Part shown: positions 1-13,722 of the stretch, piece by piece
Layout: each line of letters begins with the position of its first letter
Numbering within the stretch: position 1 is the first letter of the stretch
Assembly (NCBI RefSeq): GCF_036321535.1
Contig: NC_087447.1
Span: 37,822,001 to 37,886,000, forward strand
Length of the DNA stretch: 64,000 nucleotides
Origin: Camelus dromedarius
Lineage: Eukaryota
Reading direction: 5' to 3'
The notes under the pieces: model-generated
Seen by the model: only the letters and a program-made list of their open reading frames with translations
Told to the model about the DNA's origin: nothing
Databases searched by the model: none
Position numbers and translations under genes: made by a program

Positions 1-179
1 TATTAGTCACCACTGGGCATCCACCACCACTCCCCTATGGCACCAACTTGGTGATGTCTATTGCTACAGCCAACACCCACAGATGAGCCTCATCCAGTGG
101 CATCATCACCTTCTATCTGACCAGCTGCTCTTTGGAGAACAATGTCTGCTCCATTTTTCAGTCCACAGGTAGCTTGAAG

Positions 180-629
180 AACTGATATCACATCTAAGTT
201 ATAGAGGAAGCATGCAACCCAGGCCCGACCAACAGGAGCCCCATCCCTCTGAAAATAGTGATTGCTTCAGAGATGGACATGTGACTTAAGCCAGTACAAT
301 GAGAACCATGCCTGGGAGTTTGCCTGGAGCCACTGGGGAAATGGTGCTCTTTTTCTTTTGGGATCATTAGCTGAAAAGAAAATATGTGCCTGAGGCTACT
401 GGCTTACATCTCTGCCACCACACTAGGAAAAAAAATCTGCCAAGAAATGAGCTAACATAAAGGGAAGCAGAGTCAAATAGAGAAACAGAGTCAATCCAAT
501 GGCATTGCTTCAAACCTGGATCCAGCCATACCTGAAGGCATGGATGTCTTCAACTTTCCAGGTAGTCAATAAACCTTTCCCTTTAAATTACTCTGTCACT
601 TATAAACAAAAGGACTCCTCACTAACACA
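180..629 (+). mobile_element. Old ERVL-MaLR LTR (MLT1J/K/L-like)
   Basis: Motifs GGACATGTGAC..AGCCA, CCTGGATCCAGCCATACCTGAAG, AATAAA and terminal CTAACACA. Confidence 0.6.
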
Positions 630-1444
630 CTTAAATGACTGTATCACTTTTGGCTTGTAAAGTCTGAAATCTAATACAGAACAAGAACTTTCCTAACACA
701 TTTTAGAAAAAATTTACTCTATTTTGAGATCAAAATAACTTTCTTAAATATCTCTCCCACTCCCAAATTTCCCTCTATTTGAGATTCTGCCCTAGATCAA
801 GAATGATTCCTCTTACCCAGACCTGACTACACTTTGATCTGTTAAATTGCTTTGAGATGGAAATCTCAGGACGCTATAAAAAAAAAAATACCCTACAGAG
901 GGTTTCAAGTGCCCTTTTATTCCATATTAAGTATAATGTTCAATAATCCTTTTGTATCACCTTCTTCATATTCAGCACACTGCCTAGGGACAAAAAATGT
1001 CAATTATTCAAGAAGCCTAAACCCCAAGCTGATTTGCTCATTCATGCTGAGGACAAATAACACTGGGTGGAGGGTCTGAAGCCTACAACTGAACCTCTAC
1101 AGGAAATTTCTGAGTCATTTCCATAGCATGGTAAAAGCGGTGCTCTGACCTTTTATTAAATTCCCTTAGATCGAAAGCAGAAGATAAATTCTACCCATAA
1201 ACTCTCCTAAATTTAATCCCATCGAAACCTTGTTTGGTTGAAACTCCTATTAGGGGAATCCAATTTGATCTTACACAAAGGGACTCACTTCCCCTAAAAA
1301 TATTAAGGCAACCATTCCCAGTCCTCCTCAGAATCACCTAGGGCATGTTGTGGTTGTTTTAATACTTTCAAAAAATGAATTTGACAAACTGACAACTCTT
1401 TTGGCTGGGGAAGGGATGGATTCTTTTGGGTTTTCATTCGTTTG

Positions 1445-1620
1445 GACTTAAAAAAAAATAACTTTAGTCTTACAAGAGGTTGCAGAAATAATACAGAGAA
1501 TTCCCTTATTCTCTTCACCAGCTTCCCCCAGTGACCAAATGAGGGCATTAACATCAGTGCAATACTATTAACTAAGCTACAGACCTTATTCAATTTCACC
1601 AGTTTGTTACATGTACTCAT
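1445..1620 (-). mobile_element. L1MC-type 3' end fragment
   Basis: Motifs GTTGCAGAAATAATACAGAGAATTCCC and CAATACTATTAACTAAGCTACAGAC. Confidence 0.55.
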
Positions 1621-1624
1621 TTCA

Positions 1625-1762
1625 CCCAGGGCATTTTCTAAAAACACAGACATCTGCTACCACCTCAGATTCTGATTCAGTTGGTCTGAGGTGGAGCCTG
1701 GGCATGAATATTTTATAAAAATTCTCCCAGGTGACTCTGCAGCCATGGTTGGGAACCACTGG
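1625..1762. mobile_element. MER5A-like hAT-Charlie element
   Basis: GATTCTGATTCAGTTGGTCTGAGGTGGAGCCTGGGCAT...CCCAGGTGA...TTGGGAACCACTG. Confidence 0.75.
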
Positions 1763-2568
1763 ATTAGAGAGAGGTATACATTCAATACAGTGAGCAAGCA
1801 AAATTCCTAAACAAAGGCATGGAATCAGGTATGCTATTTATTTTCTCTCAGAGCAATCAGACAGATATTTTACAGTGACATTTGTCCTATGACTTTAGGC
1901 CCTTCATAATCTAAGAAAAATGCCAACAAATTGACAACCTACCTCCCCTTGAGAAGAAAAGGTTATTATGTGGCAGTGCAATATGATATGCAAACCCCCA
2001 AGGTGAAGACCTTCTCAGAGATTCCCCTGTGATGTCATTATGTAATATTGCCAAGGTCAAGATGAATCGCACCAGAAGTTGACAGTAAACTAGATTCTTT
2101 CCCGAGAATCTAAAGTGCAAAAAGTGACTTTTTTTTTAAAGCAAAGCTTAGGAGCTTTGATGTAGTCATTTCTGCCATATGGACTGGATGGTAGGAGCAG
2201 GCACATCGAGAGAAGTTGCCTAGGTTTCAATCCATTGTCCATCTCCTGGTCCAGGCCTTCCTGGGACTCAGGTGCACTTTTGCTCTTGGATTCCATTTGT
2301 CACCGTACATCCTTTTAAGAAAATCATTTTTGTTTAATCCTGATCAAATCAGTATCTAATGCTTCAGCCAAAGAGCACTGACAAATATACAGGAGTTCCC
2401 AAATGCTGAATTGATCACAATTTCTCAACCACATCATTCACTTCACTCTTCTGTACCTTTGCCCAAGCTCTTCCTTTGAGCCTGGAATTCAGCTGTTCAA
2501 AGGGAAGAGGCTATGTTCATTTATCCCTGCTTCCCTAGAGCCCAGGGTATTGTCACAAATAAAGTAGG

Positions 2569-3020
2569 TGCGGACAGAATAATGGCCTCCCAAAGATGTC
2601 CCCAGAACCTGTGAATATGTTACCTTACATGGCAAAAGGGACTTTACAGATATGACTAAATTAAGGATTTTGAGGTGAGGAGATTATCCTGGGTTATCTG
2701 GGTGGGCCCGATAGAATCACAAGGGTCCTTATAAGAGGGAGGTGAGATATTGAGAAAAAAGGAGATGTGATGACAGAACCAGATGTTGAAGTGATGTGTT
2801 CTGAAGACAGAAGAAGCACAAGCCAAGGAATGCAGTTTACTTCTAGAAGCCAGAAAAGGCAAGGAAACAGATACTTCCCTAAAGCTTCCACATGAAACAC
2901 AGACTTTCCAACACCTTGATTTTAGACTTTTTACCATCAGAATTGTAAAAGAATAAATTTGTGTTGTCCTAAGCCATTAAGTTTGTAGTCATTTGCTACA
3001 GCAGCAGTAGGGAACTAAAT
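2569..3020 (+). mobile_element. MLT1C/D solo LTR (ERVL-MaLR)
   Basis: CAGAATAATGGCCTCCCAAAGATGTCC...TGTTACCTTACATGGCAAAAGGGAC...AATAAATTTGTGTTGT...CAGCAGCAGTAGGGAACTAA. Confidence 0.85.
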
Positions 3021-3869
3021 ATGCTTACTATGCACTGACTGATTGAATGAATGAATGCATATCCAGTGCTTTCTGGAGAGCATTTTCCTCCTTTTATCCC
3101 TGATAGAAACTGAGCTACCTGAGGTCTAGACAGTAGCCAGACCTATTGGTTTCCTGCCTGAGCTTCAGTGTCTGGAGCCTGATAGAGTTCAACTGACCCT
3201 CAACCATCTGCAAAGAGCCAATGGGTGCCCCTTTGGGGCAGAAATTTGGACCAACTGCCATCCCCACTTTGGAAGGGGCTTCTTAGCTGCATCCAGACCA
3301 ACATCAGGTGGCCTTTGGCAGGGTGAAAAAGAATCATCAGCTCTTTCTTTTAAGCCACAGGATAACCTGAGGTCAAACTGTGGTTATCTCTGAGAGGTGG
3401 GATTTTTTACCTTCACATTATGCTTCTCTGTGTTTTTATAACTTTTTATGCTAAATGCATATTTTTGTAATGAGAAAAACAAATAAGATAATTTTCATTC
3501 TGGAAAAAATTCTCTTTTACCTAGGCTTTCAAAATGCAATTCTACATTCAATGATGGTTTTGTTTCAGGAAAATAAGTCAACAATTTACAAGAACCATCT
3601 TCTTTTCAAAGGAAACTCATATTCAAATAAGAATGGAGTGTTACATGGGATTAGGCTGAATGTTTTCCTCTGATTGTCTCCTCTGATTGGAGTCAGCACC
3701 TGCAGTCAAATGACAACTCTGCAGGTTGTGAGGAGAGGGGCAAACAGATCCTGACCAAGTGATGTGGGATCCTGGCCTCAGGCATCCTTAGTTAAGTTTA
3801 TTTTAAAGGGTTAGGAGACTTTTTCTGCAAAGAGCAGATAGTAAATATTTAAGGCTTTATTAGTTTAAT

Positions 3870-4217
3870 GAAGGGATCAGCAGACTTTTTCTGCAAAGGA
3901 CAGATAGTAAATATTTCAGGCTTTGCAGCCTATACAATCTCTGTCACAGCTACTCAGCTCTGTCATTGTAGTAAGAAGGCAGCATCTGTAGTGGGAAGGC
4001 AGCCATCCCCACATGTAACCGTGTGACTGTGTTCCAATAAGACAATTTATAGAAACGGTAATTTGTGTTACACCTAATTTTCATGTGTCACACAATATCA
4101 TTCACCTTTTGATGTTTATCAACCATTAAAAAATTAAAAAGAACTTCTAGCTCACGGACCATAGCGAAATAGGCAGCAGGTGGATTTGGCCCACAGATCA
4201 TAGTTTGCTAACCTCTA
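3870..4217. mobile_element. MER58B-like hAT-Charlie element, with a partial extra copy of its start at ~3806-3860
   Basis: CTTTTTCTGCAAAGGACAGATAGTAAATATTT...GGATTTGGCCCACAG..TAGTTTGCTAACCTCT. Confidence 0.75.
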
Positions 4218-4418
4218 GTTTATATCATTTTACAGAGAGTTCAAAGAGTAGATTTTTATTCTCAATTAACTATGTAACATGAAATTTTCCTTATAAAAAA
4301 TATAGCTCTATTGTTTTTAGAAACACACAATAAAGCCATTGCTTTAGGTTGTTATTATACATGTACTATGATTATGCCTAAATATTTAAAATCTCTACAT
4401 GATTAAAAGTCACTGATT

Positions 4419-6231
4419 GCCACTTCCAGTTCCTGGTTCAGCCTAAAAGGAGCTGGGAAGTTGCCACTGTATCCTAACAATAACAATCTGAACAGACAGA
4501 AAAGTCAACAACTTTTCTAAGACCCATGAAACAATTGTGGATACAGGGAAAACTGCTTTGCTCAAAATTGGAGACAGACAGGTGAATACAGGAATTCATG
4601 GATTACCAGAAAAGAGACTCAAAAGGGGAAACCTCTTTGGAACCAATGCTAGAGTTGGAAAACCTAAACCGTAACTGAGGAGTTGCTGGAGGCTCCACGT
4701 GGACAACACTAAAAATTCCAGGGTAACCCAGGCATGAGGGAGCAGGGGAAGGCTTCAGTTTTGTGAGATTCACCTCTGGGAGTTTGACCAGAATCTCACA
4801 GTAAATATTGGAGAAAAATTCCCTTGTGCTTTCAGCAGGGGAAGGAGAAAAAGGAACCATTTTGAAATACAATAGCTCATTCTGTTGTTTTTTTTAACAA
4901 AGTCTGCCCTCAGTAGAAACTGGTTAACCAGAGCCTAATTTGCTGAGGTATTATCATGGCCTAACTATCCTGGAAGAAGGGAAATATCCAACTACAGTCA
5001 ACTCAAGCCTTCTTCTACTCTAGCCATACTCTCCCACCTGAGGGGGGAGAAAAACACTGAGAAAGACTTGTGAAGTTCACAGTCCAAATGCATAGGATCA
5101 CTAAAAGACTAAGACCTAATTATAGGACCATGGAATGCTTCCCCTCCCCCCACACCTCACCACCACATTACCAAAGGCCTATTTACAGCAGTTCCTTTTA
5201 CCTGGTACATTATGTTCAGTTATCAAGAAAAAATTACAAGGCATACTAAACAACAAAAACTACAACATGAATATACAGAGCAAGCATCAGAAGCAGTCAC
5301 GGCAGGGATGTTGGTATATTCAGACCAAGAATTTAAAACAAATATGAATCATATAACAAGGGCTCTAACAGATAAAGTAGGCAGCATGTAAGAACAGATG
5401 AGAAATTTAAGTAGAGAGATGAAAATCCTAAGAAAAAATCAAAAAGAAATGCTAGGCAGCAGAAATACTAATAAAATGAAGAATGCCCTAATGAACTTAG
5501 TAAACTAGACATGGCTGAGGAAAGAATCTTGGAACTTGAGGATATGTCAACAGAAACCTCCAAAAACAGAAAAGTGAAGAGAACAAAGACTTGAAAAAAC
5601 AAAAGTAAATATCCAAGGACTATGGGGCAGCTACAAAAGGTGTAACATATGTGTAATGAAAATACTAGAAGGATAAGAGAGAGCGAAAGGAACAGAAGAT
5701 GTATTTGAAATAACAATGACTGAGAGTATCTGCAAATTAATGTCAGACACCAAACCACAGATCCATTAAGCTAAGAGAACATTAAGCCAAATAAATGCAA
5801 AAAACACACACACAAAAAAAGAAAAAACCTACACCTAGGCATATCATTTTCAAACTACAGAAAATCAAAGATAAAGAAAGAAGCTGAAGTTTAAAAAGCA
5901 TCTACAGAGGAACAAAGAGAAAAATGCCTTCTGACCTCCCTCAGGACCCATGCAAGCACGAAGAGAGGGAAATAAAATACTTAGTGTTAAGAGTAAAAAA
6001 ATTCCATCAACCTAGAATTCTGTACCCTTTGAAATTATTCTCCAAAAGCGAAGGAAATATAAAGACTTTCTCAGACCAATTAAAATTGAGGGAATTTGCT
6101 GCCAGTAGACCTGACTTACAAGAAATGTTAAAAGAAATTTTTTAGAGAGAAGAAAAATAATACAGGTAAGCAACCTGTAAGTGAAGATAATAGTAAATAA
6201 TAAATAGTAAATAAATAAGTGAAGATAAAGT
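4419..6231 (+). mobile_element. L1M(C/D)-type 5' UTR plus degenerate ORF1 only, bounded by a 14-bp target-site duplication
   Basis: ORF1 C-terminal motif QPRILYPLKL..KSEGNIKTFSD..KLREFAASRPDLQEMLKE. AAAAGTCACTGATT at 4405-4418 and 6232-6245. Confidence 0.8.
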
Positions 6232-7149
6232 AAAAGTCACTGATTTCCAAAAAAAGATATTTTCTTAATTATTAAAATATTATATTTTACCTAATAAGGT
6301 CCTGATTAGAGAGCTTATAAATAGCTACTAGAAATAATATTTGCTATATATGATGTCTGTGATGTGACATAAGTGAACCCCAATGTTTAGGTTTCCATTT
6401 AGCTATGCAACTATTGTCCACATAAGAATGAACACAAAATGGTAAAGCAAGAATGCCCCAATGTGGCAGCAGCCATAGGAGATTGACTCTGAACCAGGAA
6501 TCGATACTTCGTACCAAAGCAGGCAGAACTGAATCCCTGTGTTGCCACTGCAAGGGCAGAATGCTGATCACCCAGTTACAGAAGACAGAGTGCTCAAATT
6601 AGAGGATAGGAAGCAACAAGACCTGGCAAGTGGAGAGCTAGGTCATTCCGAGGGCAATTAGAAATTATACTTCACAAAGTATATTGGAGGTAACAATACT
6701 CCTTAGAAGTACAATTGATAAATACCGGACTCTAAGTGAACTTTGAGCAGGTTCATAAGCAGATTAAGAATGGATGCTCTACATTTTATCTTCTACCATC
6801 ATGAAAGTGTCAAGAGATCTTTCCTAAAAAGAAGTTGAACCTCAGGCAGGCATAAGAATGAGATACTTAAAAGGCTGTGCTACCACTGTATTTTTTTTTT
6901 AATTGAAGTATAGTCAGTTTACAACGTTGTGTCAATTTATGGGCTACACTATATTTTGCCTCTTTTAATCTTTCATATGAAGATCCCAGAGTGTATTTTT
7001 CAGTATTTTGTGACCTGTTTTTGTACCAGCTCTTCTGGATAATGTTACATTCAAAATAAATTTAACCTTGTGCATTCCAAAAAGAAAGGATGCTCTGATA
7101 CAAGGAATGAAAAACCCAAGGAAACAATAACCATAGTTAACATATTCCA

Positions 7150-7620
7150 AAATGCATGGACTCTGGAGCCAGATTGCCTGGACTTGAATCCCAACTCTGC
7201 CACCTGCTAACTGTGTAATTTAACCTTTCAGACCATTATAAGGTAATAATATCTGCCTCCTACAGTTTTATGAGTGATAAAATGAATTTATATACATATA
7301 AATAGAACAGTATATAGTACCTAGCATAAAGTGAGGGCTATATAAGTGTTAGCTACTGCTATTATTACTTTTTAAAACTTTTCTTTTGAATACTTATTTC
7401 ATGCCAGGCACACTGCCAAGATCGTGAGAAGTATGAACTCATTTCATTTCATTTTCACAACAATCCTATGAGTCACACAAGTATTTCCCATTTACTGATA
7501 ACAAAATTGAGCCACAGAGAGATTAAGTACTTCCCCAAGAGCACAGTGCTAGTGAGTCTTAGAATCAGACTCAAACCCAGGTAATCGAACTATAGACCCA
7601 ATCCTCTTCACTGCCTCCCA
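7150..7620. mobile_element. Two MIR SINE fragments in opposite orientations
   Basis: GGACTCTGGAGCCAGATTGCCTGG..GAATCCCAACTCTGCCAC and CCCATTTACTGATAACAAAATTGAG..CAGAGAGATTAAGTACTTCCCCAAG. Confidence 0.7.
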
Positions 7621-7689
7621 GAGAGAAAGTATCATTCAAGATAAGCATGACCTGAAAAGGAAAACCTCATGCCAGCTTTTCTATCTTAA

Positions 7690-8760
7690 CACCAGACTAT
7701 CCCCTCTACGTCTCTATGGATGTCTAATAGGCCTTGCAAACTTAACAGGTTCAAAGCAAGTACCCAGTTCCCCCTAAACCTGTTCCACCCATGGTCTTCC
7801 TCCTTTGGCTAATGACAACTCCATCCTTCCTTGCTCAGCCAAAAAACCTTGGAGTCAGCCTGGAACTCTCTTTCTCTCACAGCACATATCCAGCCTACCA
7901 ACAAATCCTGGTTGACTCTGTCTTCTAAATATGGCCAGAATCTGCAATGTCCCTCCACCTCCTCTACTATCTCCCTACACCACCCACCCTCACCACCTCC
8001 TGCCTTGATCTACAATAGTCTCTAACTTCTCACCCTGCATCCACCCTCACATTCTCTCCAGGGCCCCCAACAGTCTATCTGCAATGCTGCAGCCAGAATA
8101 TCCTATTTCCCTGCCTCAGCAGGGTGATTAGTAGCACTTACCACCTTCCATTCTCTAGATTTTACTTATTTATTTTGTTATTGTCTGCCTCCTCTACTAG
8201 AATAAAAGTTTCACGAGGGCAGGAATTTTGTCTGTTTTGTTACTGTTAAAATGTAATGCATATCATGTCACTCCTGTGTTCAAAACCCTCCAAAGTTCCC
8301 TTGCCACTCAAAGTGTCAAAATTCCTACTGGCCACACTGGCCATCTCTGCACACTCCCCCCTCCACCCTGTACACGTCATCGTCATTCCACCTGGGACCC
8401 TTCCCCTAGGCAGCCTCAGGCCTTGCACCTTCCTTTTCTTCAGTCCTTTACTTCCAGTGACATCTTCCCTGAACAGCCAATCCAAAATTCAACCCCATTC
8501 CCACTCACAGCACTTCCTAGCTTTTGTCTCTGCTTCATTCTTTCTCAGTAGTATTTATCACCATGTATGTTTTATATTTTATACACTTCTATCTTTTTTT
8601 AATGTTTTTTTATGGTCTGACTTCCCTACTAGAATATGTCTCATGGAGGCTGGGATTTTAGTCCTTTTTATGTACTCTGTAGCTGCAGTGTCTGAGAGAG
8701 TTCCCAGTACATAATAAATATTGAGTAATAAATATCAGAATGAATGAATGGGTGAATAAT
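7690..8760 (+). mobile_element. L2 fragments
   Basis: TTGCTCAGCCAAAAAACCTTGGAGTCA, CATGTCACTCCTGTGTTCAAAACCCTCC and a (TGAA)n tail near 8740. Confidence 0.7.
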
Positions 8761-9749
8761 TAGTGATCAATCAGTGACTAAACAAATGAAAATGGATATC
8801 AGAATCTCATTTTATAGTCACCATTGTTATAGATTAATGTTAGAGCTAAATCAAAATATCAGCAAGCTTTTTTTTTTTTTAATTGAAGAAAGTGATTTAG
8901 ACCAGAGGGCAAAGTACACCTTCCTCCTGAATTGGAGATGAAGGATTAACCTGACTCAACTGTCTAGGAACAGATGAAGAAGCCAAAACCCAGAGAGCAG
9001 AAGCCCAGTCTGCCTTCCCCAGACAGGGCTCAGCACCCTTTCCCATGCTGAGTCCATATCAGCAAGGAGACCAGCAGAGGAAGAGATACAAACCTACTTT
9101 TTATTGTAAGGATCCTGCCCCTATTAAAGTAGCCTGACTGCTATTACATTCCTCTAGTCACATCCATCAAATAATTCACCCCACCTGTTGTGGGAAGGCG
9201 TCAGTAAAAAGGAGAGGACAAGGCTCTAGTCTTCCTGAGAAGATGCATGGGTAATAATAAATTAAAATTAAAATAATAATACATAATAAAAGTAAATCAT
9301 CTTAAAGTCATCCATATAATTAAACTCACTCCAGTTTCCCATTCCATAATGTGAGCTCAGATATTCTCAGTTTAGCCTATTTTACTACTCTATATTCCCA
9401 AGTTAAAGAATGCTCCCAGACATTATTATAAATAGATTTCTGGACTGGCTGGACCCAAACCACAATTGCAGTCAAGATTCTGATCCCTAAAATGAGTAAT
9501 AATAATAAGGAGAACATCATGTACATTAATTAAATGTATACTACATGCCAGGACCATTCTAAGATCTTCATAAATCCCTTACTCGGACTTAGAAGGTTAA
9601 GGAACTTATTCAAAGATGCACAGCTAATGAGTAATGCAACATGAATTCAAGCCAATTCTGTCTCATGCCAAAGTCTATATCAGATCATGAGACCTTAAAA
9701 ACTTCCCCAATGTGGCAGGCCCCTGAACATTTATAAAGCTTTATCTCCT

Positions 9750-10045
9750 ACCTCTGGAGCACATATGTCTTACACAGGCATTTGGAGCATTCACTATTTC
9801 CTGCTCATCAAGGATGTGGTATCATCAATATATCAAACCAATGGAATATTCTGCCAAATGTCCAGATGATCAAAGTCCCTTTGGACTCCTATATTGTGAC
9901 AGAGGGCAGGCACAGACCACAGAGTAAATTCATAAATGTGAACTGTTGCTCATCCCAAATGAATGAAAACTGCTTCTGATTCTCCTTACTTATGGGCATC
10001 AAAAAGACTGCATTTGCTAAATCAATAGCTACATAACAAGTATCA
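9750..10045 (-). mobile_element. ERVL-class endogenous retrovirus pol (reverse transcriptase) relic
   Basis: The minus strand reads YVAIDLANAVFLMPISKENQKQFSFIWDEQQFTF, then after a frameshift LCHNIGVQRDFDHLDIWQNIPLV*YIDD (YIDD at 9821-9832). Confidence 0.8.
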
Positions 10046-12199
10046 GAACTGCATCTCTTAATCCTTGAGAGTCTATATAAGATATAATTTGAAGAAAAAA
10101 TTCCACAGCCTTAAAAATGTTTAAAATCACTATATTAGATTTAGTCTGTTAATTATATGAGTAAGGTCTTCTCTGGATTTTTCTTAATTACAAAATCTGT
10201 CAAGGACTAAGATACGCTGAAGTCTCTTGTTACTATTGTGTTGTCATCAACTTCTGTCACTTTTTCAGATTCTAATTAAATAGATATGAGGTGGAACCTA
10301 GATTTATGTGCTTTTAAATAGCTTCTGTATAATTCTAATAATCACTCTTTACTACTGTGGCACACCATTCTGGATGAAATTAATTTATTCAACAAATATT
10401 TATTGAGTAACTACTAGTCCTACTATTGTTCTAGACACATTGTTCATCAGTGATACATGTGTTAACAACTTACATAAACATAGCATAATTATCAAAAACA
10501 GGAAATTAACATCGGAGTAATATTATTTGTCTAGAAGTTGATCTTTATCTCCCTTCTCTTATCTTAGTTTTTCTAGTAGCTTTTTCATTTCACTCTATTG
10601 TAAAATCTCCTGCTTGAATCCATAAGCACAAAATGGTTAGAGCTGAAATTTTCTGTTTTCTAGAGCAAATGTCTCAAATGTTATTTTCATCCTTTTGCAT
10701 AAAATGTCCCTTTAATTCTTTGTGCTATAAAACGTTTATTGTGCATACTGGTAATTTCCTGCATATTTATCACATAATGTAAGTAATACTTGTTCCAGAT
10801 TAGTACAAACAGAAACTACTTGACTCTCCTTCCTATTTACTAAGTCATTATACTAATCTTTCCATTAGCACTAGAGGTAAAGGGATAAATTTTTCAGTAA
10901 ATATTCCCTCTTCTACTACTTAGCTGCCTATGGTGGATGGGTGTGTGGGTGGGTAGGAAGCTGTGTCTATGGAAAATTATAGTCTGGAAATTATAGTCTG
11001 TGTTTTCTTTCTGAATTTATTAAAAATCTTTCATTATCATCCATTTTCTGTGGAAGACACCCCTTAAATGCACACTCACTTTACTGCTTCTGATGTAAAA
11101 TCCATTTTCAACATTGAGATTTTTCTCTTTAAAGAATTAGTAAACACTTGATTTTGTGAGTCAATATTATTATTTCTGGTCCACAGCTCCAATAAAGATT
11201 CATCTGTGGAATGTTTATAGATTCTACGGCTTAGGAAGTTAGGAAGAGAAACAGAATGGTACTATTTAGCCATACAATTTTTCTTCCAGCTCCCAAAAAG
11301 ATGTTTACCATCCTTCCTGCAGCCCACTCATACCACAAGTATCTTTCCCCCTTCAGTGAGAAGTACCACTGGGGTTCTTCTGTACCATCTCCACACCCTT
11401 CCCACAGCCCAGCCCACACACTCATGAGCAGAAGAATCCTATTCCTGCCTTGGCGTTCTTTATCCAGACATTGTGTTATGAAGATGAAGCCTGCTCTAGT
11501 TTCAGCATTAATGAAGTTTTCTTTTTCTTAGTTGGTTCTTCTGCTTCCTTTCAGTAAACATCAAGCATGGATAAATGTGCACTTACACCACCATCTTTCC
11601 CATTAATCCCATTACCTTCATCATAAGAAACAAACAAAAAGCTTTTTTCACTTTTGAAAATAAAAACCATTTTAAAAAGACATTTAACAGTAATTCCAAT
11701 TCCAGGAAATGGGTTTTTCTACTGAACAATATGGTTTTCTCCTGAATGTGTAATTAATGGGCTATTATCATTTTTATCATATCTAGAGATAGTGACACAC
11801 GCAAAACCTCTTGCTGATACTTTTTCTGCCATTAAACCTCCCTCAGGTCATATGCCAAGCATTCAATAACAAGAACACCCTTAAGCTTCCTAATTGATGA
11901 AACCCACTCTGTACCGGATTCCTCATCCTGTTTATTTACTGTTCAAAATTAAAAGTTATTTACACATGCATCATTAGATCCAACGTAGCTTGTCATAGCC
12001 AGAACTCAGTTTATGGATAATCCGTTATGATCAGTACAACTTAAGCCAGATTTGTAACTGAGTTAAGCCTGAGAACGATCTTCGAAATATTTTTACTCAT
12101 TGATCCTAATTCCCCTAATCAAACCACTAGAGTATTAATAATAATAGAGTTTCTAAAGTTCATTTAAGATAAATGTTTGAAATCTAGGAATTTTTAATT

Positions 12200-13722
12200 T
12201 ATCTTTTTTAAAAATTTATCTTTTAATTTAAGTATAGTCGTTTACAATGTTGTGACAATTTCTGGTGTACAGCATAATATTTTAGTCATACAGATAAATA
12301 CGTATATTCTTTTTCATATTCTTTTTCATTATAGGTTACTACAAGATATTGACTATAGTTCCCTGTGCTATATAGTATAAACTTGTTGTTTATTTTTAAA
12401 TTTTTTTTCATGATTTTTTGAACCTTTTTGAGATTGAAGTATAGGTTAGTTTACAATGTTGTGTCAATTTCCAGTGTACAGCATAGTAGTTCAGTCATAC
12501 AAATACATACATATATTCATTTTCATATTCTTTTTTAATAGGTTACTATAAGATATTGAATATAGTTCCCTGTGTTATACAGTATAAACTTATTATTTAT
12601 TTATTTTATATATAGTAGTTATTATCTGTAAATCTTGAACTCCAAATTTATCCCTTCCCACCCCTTTCCCCTCTGGTAACCGTAAGTTTGTTTTTTATGT
12701 CTGTGAGTCTGTCTCTGTTTTGTAAATAAGTTCATTGTGTCATTTTTTTTAGATTCCACCTATAAATGATATCATATGGTACTTTTCTTTCTCTTTCTGG
12801 CTTACTTCACTTAGTATGATGATCCCCAGGTCCATCCATGTTGCTGCAAATGGCATTATTTCATTCTTTTTATGACTGAGTAGTATTCCATTGTATAAAT
12901 ATACCACATCTCTTTATCTAGTCATCTGTTGATGGATATTTAGGCTGCTTCCATCTCTTGGCTATTGTAAATACTGCTGCTATGAACATTGGGGTGCATG
13001 AATCTTTTCAAATTAGAGTTCCCTCCGGATATATGCCCAGGAATGGGATTGCTAGATCATATGGTAATTTTCAGTTTTTTAAGGATTCTCCATATTGTTT
13101 TCCATAATGGCTGCACCAAACTACATTCCCACCTACCATGTAGGAGGGTTTCCTTTTCTCCACACCCTCTCCAGCATTTATTATTTGTGGACTTTTTAAT
13201 GATGGCCATTCTGACTGATGTGTGGTGATACTTCATTATAGTTTTGATTTGCATTTCTCTGATAATTAACGTATTGAGCATTTTTTTCACGTTCCTATTG
13301 GCCATTTGTATGTCTTCATTGAAGAAATGCTTGTTTAGGTCTTCTGCCCATTTTTGGATTGGGTTGTTTGGTTTTTTGTTATTAAGTTATATGGCCTGTT
13401 TGTATATTCTGGAGATTAAGCCCTTGTCAGTCACATTGTTTGCAAATATTTTTCCCATTCCATAGGTTGTCTTTTTGTTTTGTTTGTACTTTCTTTGCTG
13501 TGCAAAAGCTTACAAGTGTAGTTAGGTCCCATTTGTTTATTTTTGCTTTTATTTTTATTGCCTGGGTAGACTGCCTTAGGAAAAGATTGCTAAGATTTAT
13601 GTCAGTAATGCTTTCCTATGTTTTCTTCTAGGAGGTTTATAGTGTCTTGTCTTATGTTTAAGTCTTTAAGCCATTTTAAGTCTATTTTTGTGTATGGTGT
13701 GAGGGAGTATTCTAACTTATTG
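12200..13722 (-). mobile_element. 5'-truncated lineage-specific L1 (ORF2 C-terminus plus 3' UTR) with a second L1 3' end in its tail
   Basis: ORF2 motif [48 protein letters not shown](A/G)GGAATTTTTAATT at 12179-12199 and 13723-13743. Confidence 0.9.

Noticed and set aside
1911..2296. Two adjacent minus-strand ORFs in non-repeat-looking DNA as a possible pseudogene
   Set aside because: No recognisable homology, TSD or poly(A). A BLASTX search would be needed.
8228..8714. Longest ORFs in the track (107 and 152 aa)
   Set aside because: They lie within degenerate L2 sequence, are low-complexity and show no splice structure.
10970..11001. Short tandem duplications (also near 18700 and 59443)
   Set aside because: Ordinary slippage duplications with no array structure. 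There is no CRISPR-like repeat-spacer pattern in the window.
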